The notes under the pieces are model-generated. The model saw only the letters and a program-made list of their open reading frames with translations. It was not told where the DNA came from and made no database searches. A program made the translations under genes and the position numbers. A stretch of DNA of 64,000 bases from Acidobacteriota bacterium (GTDB lineage Bacteria; Actinomycetota; Acidimicrobiia; Spongiisociales; UBA5794), in the NCBI GenBank assembly GCA_022562055.1, contig JADFQA010000009.1, positions 17,255 through 81,254 on the forward strand, in the 5' to 3' direction. This document shows positions 19,004-27,606 of the stretch, one piece after another; positions within the stretch are counted from its first letter, which is position 1, and every line of letters starts with the position of its first letter.

Positions 19004-19926
19004 CCTTAGAATCATCGATCATCGAGGAGCCGGTTATACAAGAGCAGAGATTCGCGTCGATCCGAGAGCGTATGGCTGGCGAGAGCGGTGTTGTGATGTT
19101 GATTGGACCTCGCGGCACCGGAAAGACGACCCTCGGTCGGCTGCTCATAGATGATGCTCTTGAGGCCGGTATGCGTTGTGCAATGGTGGACGCCGACATA
19201 GCCCGATCTTCCATCGGTCCGCCGGCGTGTGTCGGGATGAGAATCATCGACTCGCCCGGTGCCTTTGGCGGTCGCAACGGTGCCGACGCACTGCGGTTCG
19301 TCGGATCGACGTCGCCAAACGGTGTCGTGCTTCCCCACGTCGTTGGTGCGACCGCGCTCATCGACGAGGCCAGACCTGACGCCGACTTCATTGTTTTGGA
19401 CACAACTAGCGTGGTCGCGGGGGTTGTAGGCCAGACTTTGAAATATCACCTGGCCGAGTTGGCGAAACCCACGATCGTTATCGCCCTGCAGCGAGGCAAC
19501 GAGATGGATCCGATCATCGGGATGTTGCGTCGGTTTCTTTCGGCAAGGGTTGCCGTCCTTCAGCCCGAGTCTGACGCGCTGCCTGCGGGGCCGGTAGAAG
19601 CCGCACAGGAACTCGCCGCGGCGTTCCGCGCGGAGCTGGAAGCGCCGCTGCCAAGGTGGCGGGTCCAGTCAACAGTGTTTGCACCAACTCTTCCTGATGG
19701 TTTCGAACTCGGTCCGCTTGACGGCATGATCGTCGGCATCCAGGATGCGCGCGGAGCGTGTCTTGGGCTTGGTGTGCTCGATCACGACGGCGACACTTTG
19801 CGTGTCGCGACGCGGCACGGAGACGCGATGAGTGGTTTACGGCTCGGTTCGTTGAAGATTGATCTTGAGACCTTCGCAACCACCCGCATACGGCTGCGGG
19901 AGTTTTTCTTTGGTCTGAAGAAATAA
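19000..19926 (+). CDS. Clp1/Grc3/Nol9-family polynucleotide 5'-kinase-like P-loop protein
   Basis: Walker A GPRGTGKT, DADIARSSIGPP (DxDxGQ-like), FVGSTSP, LDTT, and C-terminal CLGLGVL. GTGA overlap with the upstream gene. Confidence 0.78.
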   Translation: MTLESSIIEEPVIQEQRFASIRERMAGESGVVMLIGPRGTGKTTLGRLLIDDALEAGMRCAMVDADIARSSIGPPACVGMRIIDSPGAFGGRNGADALRFVGSTSPNGVVLPHVVGATALIDEARPDADFIVLDTTSVVAGVVGQTLKYHLAELAKPTIVIALQRGNEMDPIIGMLRRFLSARVAVLQPESDALPAGPVEAAQELAAAFRAELEAPLPRWRVQSTVFAPTLPDGFELGPLDGMIVGIQDARGACLGLGVLDHDGDTLRVATRHGDAMSGLRLGSLKIDLETFATTRIRLREFFFGLKK

Positions 19927-19993
19927 CAAGGAAAGGTTTCGGCGCGGTACCGACGGTACGACAATTGTTATGGGTCCGGATTGTTGTTTGTGT

Positions 19994-20542
19994 TCAACGG
20001 GCGCGGTCGGGCGACATCACTGCGAAACCCGCCTCGGTGTCCCGGACGGTAAAGATTCTTCTCCCGGGCTGGATTGCGTGACGGACCGAGGACACATTGA
20101 GACCGCGGGCTCGCCAACGCAACGCTATCGCTTCGAGGTGCTCGTCCGCGACAAGTGTCAATCCATACAGCGACGGTCCGCGCACCGGAGACTCGATCAC
20201 TTCGATAATCGGGCCGGCGCGGAAGAAGGCAGCGGGTCGCCCCTTGACTTTGATTGCAAGTCGGGGAGCAAGATCGAGTTGGGCGAACGTCGTGACCGCC
20301 TCCGTGAGGTCGGGCACAAGCAGCACCACATGGTCGACAGCCCAACCCTCGACCCCGGTGGTGGCCGTTGAGGACTCTTCCACCAGCGGAATATCGAAAG
20401 CAGGCGGTTCGCCCGACCAGGTCCATGCAGGGTCGCCGGTGGTGAGTCGAACCGAGCGCCCGATCCATTGCGCCGGAAAACCAAACACCTCCCAGGGAAG
20501 CGGGAGCTGTAGCTGGACGAGGTGGGAGGCTTGCAAGGTCAT
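19994..20542 (-). CDS. VOC/glyoxalase-like protein
   Basis: VDHVVLLVPDLTEA...AFFRAGPIIEVIE beta-alpha-beta-beta-beta pattern. Start placed at the ATG at 20542. Confidence 0.7.
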   Translation of the reverse strand: MTLQASHLVQLQLPLPWEVFGFPAQWIGRSVRLTTGDPAWTWSGEPPAFDIPLVEESSTATTGVEGWAVDHVVLLVPDLTEAVTTFAQLDLAPRLAIKVKGRPAAFFRAGPIIEVIESPVRGPSLYGLTLVADEHLEAIALRWRARGLNVSSVRHAIQPGRRIFTVRDTEAGFAVMSPDRAR

Positions 20543-20827
20543 CGACTTTGTGGCGGGACCGGGGGAGTGTACAGACGCAAGACCCGACGTGCCGCATCGG
20601 ATTCCCCGCACTTCCCCGTTTAAGGTTTCTGACTGCCGCACGTCGGGTCTCTACATGGAACATATCGAACCCTCAAATCGAATTCAACCCCCTCTAACTG
20701 CGCTTATTCGCTGGAGTTCTCTGCACTGTGTGAATCCGAAGTTACTCACAGTGGTCGAATGCGGCTCGATTCAAGGGTTGTCCACATATCCACAGTCGGT
20801 TGTGCACAACCGCTAGGGACAAGTATC

Positions 20828-21256
20828 TCAGCGCGATGTTTCGCGCCCCGCTTTTATAGCGGCGATGCAATGGGGGAACAGTCTCTCGACCCCCGTGTGG
20901 ATGCCGGCAACGATGATCCCGAGTGTTTCTTCGTCGATAACTTGTACTGGCAAGCGGCCGGAGAGGAAGATGTCCTCTCCGGAGTCGAATGCGACCAACA
21001 CGGGCCAACTGCCCGTGTTGAACCGCAAGAACCGGCGCGCCAACTCGTGGTTCGACACCCGCCCGAAGAGATATGCCTCGAAGTGCAAGGTGATGGTCCC
21101 AGGGTCAAACCAGATCGTTGTCGCGTCGCGGCATTCTTGTTCTATTCGGATGCCGAGACGGTTTTCAAACTCACCCGCCCACACGACACCCGAATCGTTG
21201 TCTTGCACCCACTCGGATGTAATCACCGAGACCTGCTCCCAAAGGTTGCCCTTCAC
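20828..21256 (-). CDS. YbjN-domain (T3SS-chaperone-like) protein
   Basis: About 140 aa, overlapping the mshA stop. The mshA-ybjN pairing is typical of actinobacteria. Confidence 0.7.
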   Translation of the reverse strand: MKGNLWEQVSVITSEWVQDNDSGVVWAGEFENRLGIRIEQECRDATTIWFDPGTITLHFEAYLFGRVSNHELARRFLRFNTGSWPVLVAFDSGEDIFLSGRLPVQVIDEETLGIIVAGIHTGVERLFPHCIAAIKAGRETSR

Positions 21257-22476
21257 GACGCCGATATGCCGTCGTAAAGTTCCAACAGGCGCTCGACCGT
21301 CCTATCCCACGAGAACTGTTCAGCATGCGCAACGGCACCTTCCCTCATCGCGGCATGGTGTTCGGGCGACGACAGGAGTTTGTCGATCGCCGCGGCGAAA
21401 GAGCTCGGGTCGTGTCCATCGATGAGGACGCCAGATTCGCCGTCCTCCACTACGTACGAGAGGCCGCCGACCGCGGCTGCGACCACGGGTAGGGCACATG
21501 CCTGTGCCTCGGCTGCAACGAGACCGAACGACTCGCTGCGACTTGGCATTAAGAGAAGCTCAGCACCCCGGTAGAACATCGGCAGGGTCCGGTGAGGTTT
21601 GGCATCGATGAAATCGACGTTGTGCGCTATGCCGAGGTCGGCTGCCAGGGTCCTGAGCATGGTCAGCTCATCGTTGCCCGTCGGGCCACTCGGTCCTCCG
21701 ACGATGACAAGCCGGAATGCCCCGAGTCCACGTCCAAGGAGGTCGGCTGTGGTTTTGACAGCGATGTCGAATCCTTTCAACGACTGGATTCGACCGACAC
21801 ACAGCAGCACATGCTCAGCGCCCCACCCGAGCTGTTCGCGAGCGGTTTCTTTGTCGCCGGGCCGAAACAACGAGTGGTCAATGCCGGGTGGGCTTATGCA
21901 AAGACGGCCCGGATCTGCGCAATAGTGGTCGAGGAGGTCGTCGAACTCATACGGGGTCGCAGCGATCACGCAGTTTGATTGGGCAATGGTGTCCAACTCG
22001 ATCTCCATGCGGATCGAAGGAGACGCTGGTTCGTCGGCGCGGCGGTTGACATCCTTGACGCGGCCGAGTGTGTGGAAGGAGTTTGCCAGCGGGATCCCGA
22101 GAGCGTGTTTGAGCTTCACTCCGGCCCGACCGCTGAGCCAGTAGTGCGAGTGGATAATGTCAAACGTAAGCCCCGATTCCGTTATCCAGCGCAGCACTCC
22201 GTCTGCAAACTCGTCTGCGTAGTTCGCCATGTCGGTCATAGGGATTTCAGATGGGGGACCCGCGTCGATCCGGACAACGGTGTATCGCGGCGATACCGTG
22301 ACGATCTGCTCGGTCCCCGTTTCGAAACGCCGCGTAAACACAACAACATGGATGCCACGTCGCGCCATCTCGACTGCGAGTTCATCGACATAGACGTTCA
22401 TCCCGCCGGCGTTGCCGACTCCCGGTTGAAGGCGCGGAGACGTGTGCATGCTCAGCACGGCAATGCGTGAGATCAC
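21253..22476 (-). CDS. mshA: D-inositol-3-phosphate glycosyltransferase (mycothiol biosynthesis)
   Basis: IAVLSMHTSP..QPG.G.AGGMNVYV, HSHYWLSG, HTLGRVK, GRIQSLKG and SRSESFGLVAAEAQACA. Confidence 0.92.
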   Translation of the reverse strand: MISRIAVLSMHTSPRLQPGVGNAGGMNVYVDELAVEMARRGIHVVVFTRRFETGTEQIVTVSPRYTVVRIDAGPPSEIPMTDMANYADEFADGVLRWITESGLTFDIIHSHYWLSGRAGVKLKHALGIPLANSFHTLGRVKDVNRRADEPASPSIRMEIELDTIAQSNCVIAATPYEFDDLLDHYCADPGRLCISPPGIDHSLFRPGDKETAREQLGWGAEHVLLCVGRIQSLKGFDIAVKTTADLLGRGLGAFRLVIVGGPSGPTGNDELTMLRTLAADLGIAHNVDFIDAKPHRTLPMFYRGAELLLMPSRSESFGLVAAEAQACALPVVAAAVGGLSYVVEDGESGVLIDGHDPSSFAAAIDKLLSSPEHHAAMREGAVAHAEQFSWDRTVERLLELYDGISAS

Positions 22477-23375
22477 GTCGCTGCCTCCACTTCGTAGAGA
22501 TCGCGCGCGGTGGCGCCCATGCGGAATTTGTACGGCTCGTCACCCTTGAGAAAATCGAACCGGTGCACTCCCATTTCGATGACGTGCTCGATCAGGAGAT
22601 CCAGGAGGACCACTCCGGGCGCACCCTCAGCGAACGACGGCTCGAGCGCAGAGTTGTACAGGTAGTAGGCGTCGGATTCGAAGAAACCAAACGCCATCGC
22701 CGCGGGTCTTTCGTCTGCACCCAGCAATGTGGTGATCGTCGCCCCGGAGTCCGCGTGGAGACCGTGAAAGAACGCTGCCATCTGTTCCGTCATGAAGACT
22801 CCCTTCTCGCCGATGGTGTTTCTGTGCATCTTCGCAAATGTTGCCACAGCATCTGCTCCGGATACCGTCACAAGTCTCGGTTCACCAAACGCTTCCGCAA
22901 AGCGGCGTCGTTTGCGACGGACCTCGTGACGTTGTTTCTTGGACAGCGTGGCAAGCCACTCGTCCCGGCTGTCGCCCAGCGTCATCACCGCGGCGACTTC
23001 GTGGATTCTCTTGGTTGGTGTGAGCCCGGTCGCTTCGATCGCTTTCATCACAACCGCCGCAGCTTCGTCCGGCAGCGAATCGAAAACCAACGAGGTGCCT
23101 CTTGGCAGCGCACCGATCCAGTCGGCGAGGAGATCTACCGCGGTCGGACCGAGCGGCGAGTGATAGTCAGTGACATCGCGGTGGCCGGCAAATGACACCC
23201 TGCCGTCCTCAAACACAAGAGGGACGAGCGAATCGTTGTTTGCGAGCACGACAAGGTCACCGGCAGGAAAGTGTTCTCTCCACGCCCGTAAGAACGGTGC
23301 ATGGGGGAACGGGCCGAGCAGTTGCGCCGCGGGCTGAGCCGCAAAAACTGGGTTGTCGAATGGTGATTTGCTCAC
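22473..23375 (-). CDS. GNAT-family protein (Acetyltransf_6, CelD/BcsL-like)
   Basis: DVTDYHSPL, LSKKQRHEVRRKRRR, YYLYNS and FDFLKGDEPYKFRMGA. Start placed at the GTG at 23375. Confidence 0.82.
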   Translation of the reverse strand: MSKSPFDNPVFAAQPAAQLLGPFPHAPFLRAWREHFPAGDLVVLANNDSLVPLVFEDGRVSFAGHRDVTDYHSPLGPTAVDLLADWIGALPRGTSLVFDSLPDEAAAVVMKAIEATGLTPTKRIHEVAAVMTLGDSRDEWLATLSKKQRHEVRRKRRRFAEAFGEPRLVTVSGADAVATFAKMHRNTIGEKGVFMTEQMAAFFHGLHADSGATITTLLGADERPAAMAFGFFESDAYYLYNSALEPSFAEGAPGVVLLDLLIEHVIEMGVHRFDFLKGDEPYKFRMGATARDLYEVEAAT

Positions 23376-23379
23376 GAAC

Positions 23380-24315
23380 TCAATCCTCGAACGCCGGCTC
23401 GGTGGTGCCTTGGGAAACACCACCGCCGATCGTCGTCGGGTGGGCAATGTCATGGACCGCGGTGACCGCTGCATCAGATAGTAGGCCGTACCGGCGCGTC
23501 CCTTCGACGAGCAGCATCACAGCGATCCCGGCATCCCCGGACCAGCTTTTGGCGGCGATTCCGACACCGTGGCGGGCGGCGACCAGAAGACCTTCGGCGC
23601 CGACTTTCATCGGACCGTCCCACCATTGGCCAAGCTTTGTATCAGACCGTTCGCTACCGCCGATCAGTGCGGTGTATCGGCAATTCGCGGACACGGCTTC
23701 GGCGAAACGAGGGTCACATGAGATGCCCACAAAGGTTCGTGCGGCCGCACTGAGCGTTGTGCGCAGGACCGGCGCACCGCACCCGTCGACGCCGACCGGT
23801 TCCGGGTCAAACCCCGAGACCTTTCGGGTCAGGTCTATCACCCGTCTCTGGAGCGGGTGATCATCAGCCAGATAGGTGTCAAGAGGCCACCCTTGGGCGA
23901 CACATGCGCGTAGCCACGCCGCGTGCTTGCCCGAGCAGTTGTGGAACAGACGTTTTGGAGTGCGGTGCCCGGTTGCGATGAGGAGTTGTCTGGCCCGAGA
24001 GGCCTGCGGCCAGTCCGGTGGGCAACGCAGCGCGTCCTCGTCGAGATCGACAGATGCGAGACTCTGTCGGATGATTGCAAGGTGTATAGGCCAACCGGAG
24101 TGCGAGGAACCGGCGATAGCCATGTGTTGCGGGTTGAGGTTTGCGCCAGCCTCCTGTGACACGGTCGCTTGGACGAGCTTGAGAGATGATCTCCAGTAAA
24201 ACACCGGATCAGTGTCCCCCCATGACGCGAGAACTCTGCCGGTCGCATCAGCAATAACAACGCCTCCGTTATGCGTCGTTTCGGCGAGACCGTTGCGCAC
24301 GGTGCGGGCCAGCAC
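23380..24315 (-). CDS. L-asparaginase II (Rhizobium-type, class 3)
   Basis: RSSLKLVQA, SHSG..H, HNCSGKHA, GVDGCGAP and KVGAEG. Confidence 0.9.
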   Translation of the reverse strand: MLARTVRNGLAETTHNGGVVIADATGRVLASWGDTDPVFYWRSSLKLVQATVSQEAGANLNPQHMAIAGSSHSGWPIHLAIIRQSLASVDLDEDALRCPPDWPQASRARQLLIATGHRTPKRLFHNCSGKHAAWLRACVAQGWPLDTYLADDHPLQRRVIDLTRKVSGFDPEPVGVDGCGAPVLRTTLSAAARTFVGISCDPRFAEAVSANCRYTALIGGSERSDTKLGQWWDGPMKVGAEGLLVAARHGVGIAAKSWSGDAGIAVMLLVEGTRRYGLLSDAAVTAVHDIAHPTTIGGGVSQGTTEPAFED

Positions 24316-24323
24316 GAGCCGGT

Positions 24324-24872
24324 CTACGACTTCTGGAGGATGTTTTCCGCTTTTGTCAGGCCCTCGCGATATCGGCGGGCGAGTTCGTCGTTGATTTGCT
24401 CATGTGCGGCGTACACCGCACGTCTGTCGCGTGACACCAATCGTTCGACATCGGCAAGTGACGTGCGAATCTCTTCAAGTTCGGCGTCTTCGAGGACCGG
24501 TAGCCTCGTCAGAAAGTCATCGCCGAGGACGCGGTCAACAATTCGGCGCCCCTCTTCGGGTATGTCCGGCATGTCAACCGATAACGGGCGGGGCATGCCA
24601 GATCGACTGCCACCAGACATGTCGCTTGCGAGGATCTCAGGGAGTGCATCGATGAGGCTACGAGTCTCTTCGCCCGAGCGTCGCCGCACTTCGAAGCTGA
24701 GAAGGTCGAGTCTGCCATGGAGTAACCGGCGGTAGTACGACAGTTCGGTATCGAGGTCGTTGCAGATGGACCGCTTTTCTCGAAGCTCGTCCATGTCAGC
24801 ATCGGCGAGTCCTTCGACGAACGCGGACTCTGTCACGATGTCGATACGGCGTTTATGCGTGTCTGTCATCAT
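24324..24872 (-). CDS. rsiG: RsiG/AmfC-family anti-sigma factor with two variant c-di-GMP motifs
   Basis: DTELSYYRRLLHGRLD and ERLVSRDRRAVYAAHE resemble the E-x3-S-x2-R-x3-Q-x3-D repeats. Adjacent to asparaginase II. Confidence 0.8.
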   Translation of the reverse strand: MMTDTHKRRIDIVTESAFVEGLADADMDELREKRSICNDLDTELSYYRRLLHGRLDLLSFEVRRRSGEETRSLIDALPEILASDMSGGSRSGMPRPLSVDMPDIPEEGRRIVDRVLGDDFLTRLPVLEDAELEEIRTSLADVERLVSRDRRAVYAAHEQINDELARRYREGLTKAENILQKS

Positions 24873-24899
24873 TGCTCTCCGAGTGGCGGTGTATGCAGG

Positions 24900-25994
24900 T
24901 TAACAATTTGCTCGCAGAGTCGGGTACGGGTTTTTCCACCGGCTTCCGACCGCCTGGATCTGGAAGTGAACGTGGGGTCGCCCGCCGGCGGCGTTGCCGG
25001 AAGCACCGTTGTAGGCGATCACTTGGCCAGCCGTCACCCGGTCGCCGGTCTTGAGCCCGGACACATATCCATCGAGGTGTGCGTAGTAGAACCGCATCCC
25101 GTAGTCGGTGGTCAAATACACGACGATGCCACCGAGTCCGCCGGTCTTGAGGCGCACGGTGCCGTTGCCCACCGCGACAACCGACTTGCCACGGCCCGCA
25201 AATATGTCGGTTCCCTGGTGCGTCCTCCCGCCCGAGCGCGGGAAGCCCCAGTCGTTGATGAATGTTCCACCCGGAAGCGGACAGCGCAACCCCGGCGTTG
25301 CGTCGGGGGGAAATCCACCGGAAGCGCCGCGTTTTTTGGCAGCCTCGATCGCTCTGAGTCGGGCCTGCTCACGGTTGTATGCGTTGACGGCGGCCCGCGT
25401 CGTTGCGCTTGCAGCGTGGAGCTGTTCGTCGCGTTCGCGCTCGATTTTATCGAGCACGGTGACGAGTTCTTCACTGCGCGCATTGATCTCAGCGACACGA
25501 ACTCTGTCGGTGTCCAGAATCGTCTTCAGCTTGTTGGCTTCTACCGTGATGGACGTGTAGTTCTGAAGCTGTGCGATTTCTCGTTCGGCCGCCCGTTCGA
25601 GTAGAAGCTGGGTTGTCATGAGGTCTTGAATCGATCCGGCAGACAGGGCAAGTCCGATGATCGACGCGCTCGTGTTCGACGTGTACGATTCAAACAGCAG
25701 CGTTTCTGCCCGGTTCTTGAGGTCTGTGGCCTCACTTTCGTACGCCCTGATTTGGTCCACCAACCGGGTAGTTTTGTATGTGAGTTGTTCGAGTTCAGCG
25801 TTGATCAGCTGATACTCGGTGAGTGCCGCCTCAAGCTTGTCGTTGGCAATCTGGTATGCCGCAACGGCCCTTTCTTCTTCGGCCCGCGCGCGATTGATCT
25901 GCTCTTTCGTCTGGGCGAGTGCGCCCGTCGGGATGATGAGGAAAACCGCTAGCGCAGCCCCTACAAGCGCACGGGCGCGTGGTCGTGAGGTCAT
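24900..25994 (-). CDS. Secreted coiled-coil M23 peptidoglycan endopeptidase
   Basis: Signal peptide from the ATG at 25994, a long coiled coil, and M23 motifs HQGTD, YAHL and HVH. Confidence 0.9.
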   Translation of the reverse strand: MTSRPRARALVGAALAVFLIIPTGALAQTKEQINRARAEEERAVAAYQIANDKLEAALTEYQLINAELEQLTYKTTRLVDQIRAYESEATDLKNRAETLLFESYTSNTSASIIGLALSAGSIQDLMTTQLLLERAAEREIAQLQNYTSITVEANKLKTILDTDRVRVAEINARSEELVTVLDKIERERDEQLHAASATTRAAVNAYNREQARLRAIEAAKKRGASGGFPPDATPGLRCPLPGGTFINDWGFPRSGGRTHQGTDIFAGRGKSVVAVGNGTVRLKTGGLGGIVVYLTTDYGMRFYYAHLDGYVSGLKTGDRVTAGQVIAYNGASGNAAGGRPHVHFQIQAVGSRWKNPYPTLRANC

Positions 25995-26119
25995 AACCAC
26001 AAGCTTAGCGACGCTCGTGTCGAATACATCACTCGGGTGGTGCCGACTGCTGGTACGGTTCGGTGCTGTGTCGATCACGAATTCTCAGCGTGCACTTCAA
26101 TTCGTGCGGTCGTAGTTGG

Positions 26120-26431
26120 GTGACACGGACGCGGCCAGCCAGCGGGGTCGGTTTTCCGATTGGGACGTTCGCCGTGAACGTCTTCGGTTCAGCGATGTTG
26201 GGACTTCTTGTCGGATACTTTGGGTCGTCTGCCAGCGCCGATCTCCGCCTCGGCCTATTTGTCGGTGTGCTTGGCGGGTTCACGACGTTCAGCACATTTG
26301 CGGTCGAGTCGGGGAACCTGGCGAGAGGTGGCTTTGCGAGCACCGCAGCGGTCTATGTTGCGGTATCGGTTCTCGCCGGGCTGGTTTTTGCTTTGGCAGG
26401 TCTCCACCTAGGCGAGCTGATCGCCGACTAG
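26120..26431 (+). CDS. crcB: Fluoride channel Fluc/CrcB, apparently lacking TM1
   Basis: GTFAVNVFGS and GVLGGFTTFSTF. No GGxxGAxxR TM1 motif was found upstream in any plus frame. Confidence 0.75.
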   Translation: MTRTRPASGVGFPIGTFAVNVFGSAMLGLLVGYFGSSASADLRLGLFVGVLGGFTTFSTFAVESGNLARGGFASTAAVYVAVSVLAGLVFALAGLHLGELIAD

Positions 26432-27429
26432 AGAAACCAGGTTGTCGCCACCCAGTAGCTAGCTACGCCGAGGGTCATCGAGTCGAGACCTGTGAGACGC
26501 CCGGGCGATGTTGTCGTGTGGAGCACCCGGTCTGTGCGGATCAGCGAGCCGACCGACCTGCCGGCGATCATGCCGAGGGCTGTCATGATCGCGATGAGAG
26601 CGGCGCTGGGGATCGAGATCCCTTCGGTTAGAAACGTCGACGCGATTCCACCGAGGAGGGCTGCACCAAGAGTTGCGGTGTTTGCGTCGAATGTGGACAC
26701 GTGGCTTGAGGCGCTGGTTTGACGGGTTGCGATCCAAACGCCGACACCGGTGAGTCCGGCTATGAGAAGCAGCATCCGAGTCTGCTGAATCGACGCCAAG
26801 CGCACCAGGACGAGGCTCCCTGACGCCACCGTTCCCACGACCGAGAGAGTGACCGTGTGTGAGAGGTTGGCCACGTTGCGGTGTTCCGCGCCCAGTACGG
26901 TCCATGCCATCGGCACGATCGCCGCGATCGCGATCGCGCCCGCCAGCCCCGTGAATCCCCAAGCCCACACCGCGTTGGCGCCCGCAGCCGCGCCGACCAT
27001 GGCTGCCGGAAAGTTTACGTGCGCACCGCGACCGCGCATTGTCTCGCCGACATCCCAGACCCACCCGAGCACCGCACCGACTGAGAGCACAACCCACACT
27101 TCGCTACTCAACGTGAGGCCGAGAGCGAAGACACCGAGGATCGTCGCCGACAATACACTGTCAATCGTTGGGGCATCGACGGTTTCGGCGAGCGCTCCGC
27201 CTGACACTGGCGGGATAAGCGCAATCTCGTCCGTTGCAGCAACAGTCGTGTCCCGATCGGTGGGGTCACCGTTTAGCCACACCTGAGCCGTTTCGAGACC
27301 TGCAGCAAAGCGGTCGCCAAAGCGGCCTGACGCCTCGTCAAGCACTGCACCAACAGTGGTCGCGTCGATGTCTACTGAAGATGTGCCCGCCGCTTCGCGG
27401 AGGGATGCAAAGAGTCGTAGAGTCGCCAC
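26428..27429 (-). CDS. MoaD/ThiS ubiquitin-like domain fused to a multi-pass membrane domain (degenerate CdsA-like)
   Basis: LRLFASLREAAG...EIALIPPVSGG ends at residue 78 and continues in frame into about 8 TM segments, ending GRSVGSLIR...PGRLTGLDSM. Confidence 0.85.
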   Translation of the reverse strand: MATLRLFASLREAAGTSSVDIDATTVGAVLDEASGRFGDRFAAGLETAQVWLNGDPTDRDTTVAATDEIALIPPVSGGALAETVDAPTIDSVLSATILGVFALGLTLSSEVWVVLSVGAVLGWVWDVGETMRGRGAHVNFPAAMVGAAAGANAVWAWGFTGLAGAIAIAAIVPMAWTVLGAEHRNVANLSHTVTLSVVGTVASGSLVLVRLASIQQTRMLLLIAGLTGVGVWIATRQTSASSHVSTFDANTATLGAALLGGIASTFLTEGISIPSAALIAIMTALGMIAGRSVGSLIRTDRVLHTTTSPGRLTGLDSMTLGVASYWVATTWFL

Positions 27430-27606
27430 ACGTGTCCTTAGAGTTCAGAGCACCAGGCTAGCGGCTGAAACGCAAGGCCTCGCGCCAGGAGAACGTGTCG
27501 GTAGGGCAGCTGCGCTCAGGCAGGTTTCCATGTGGGTGTGACGAAGCTCGGGGCGCTTGCGTTTAGTCTCGGAGACCGCATCGTACTTGACCGCGTCTCA
27601 CCGGTG

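Noticed and set aside
20640-20827. Replication origin (oriC)
   Set aside because: Only about 3 boxes, no AT-rich unwinding element, and no dnaA/dnaN/rpmH nearby.
27483-27530. Glycine riboswitch call
   Set aside because: GGAGA and CTCAGG are present, but CCGAAG and CTCTCAGG are not matched and there is no glycine-related gene downstream. Kept only as an unassigned structure.
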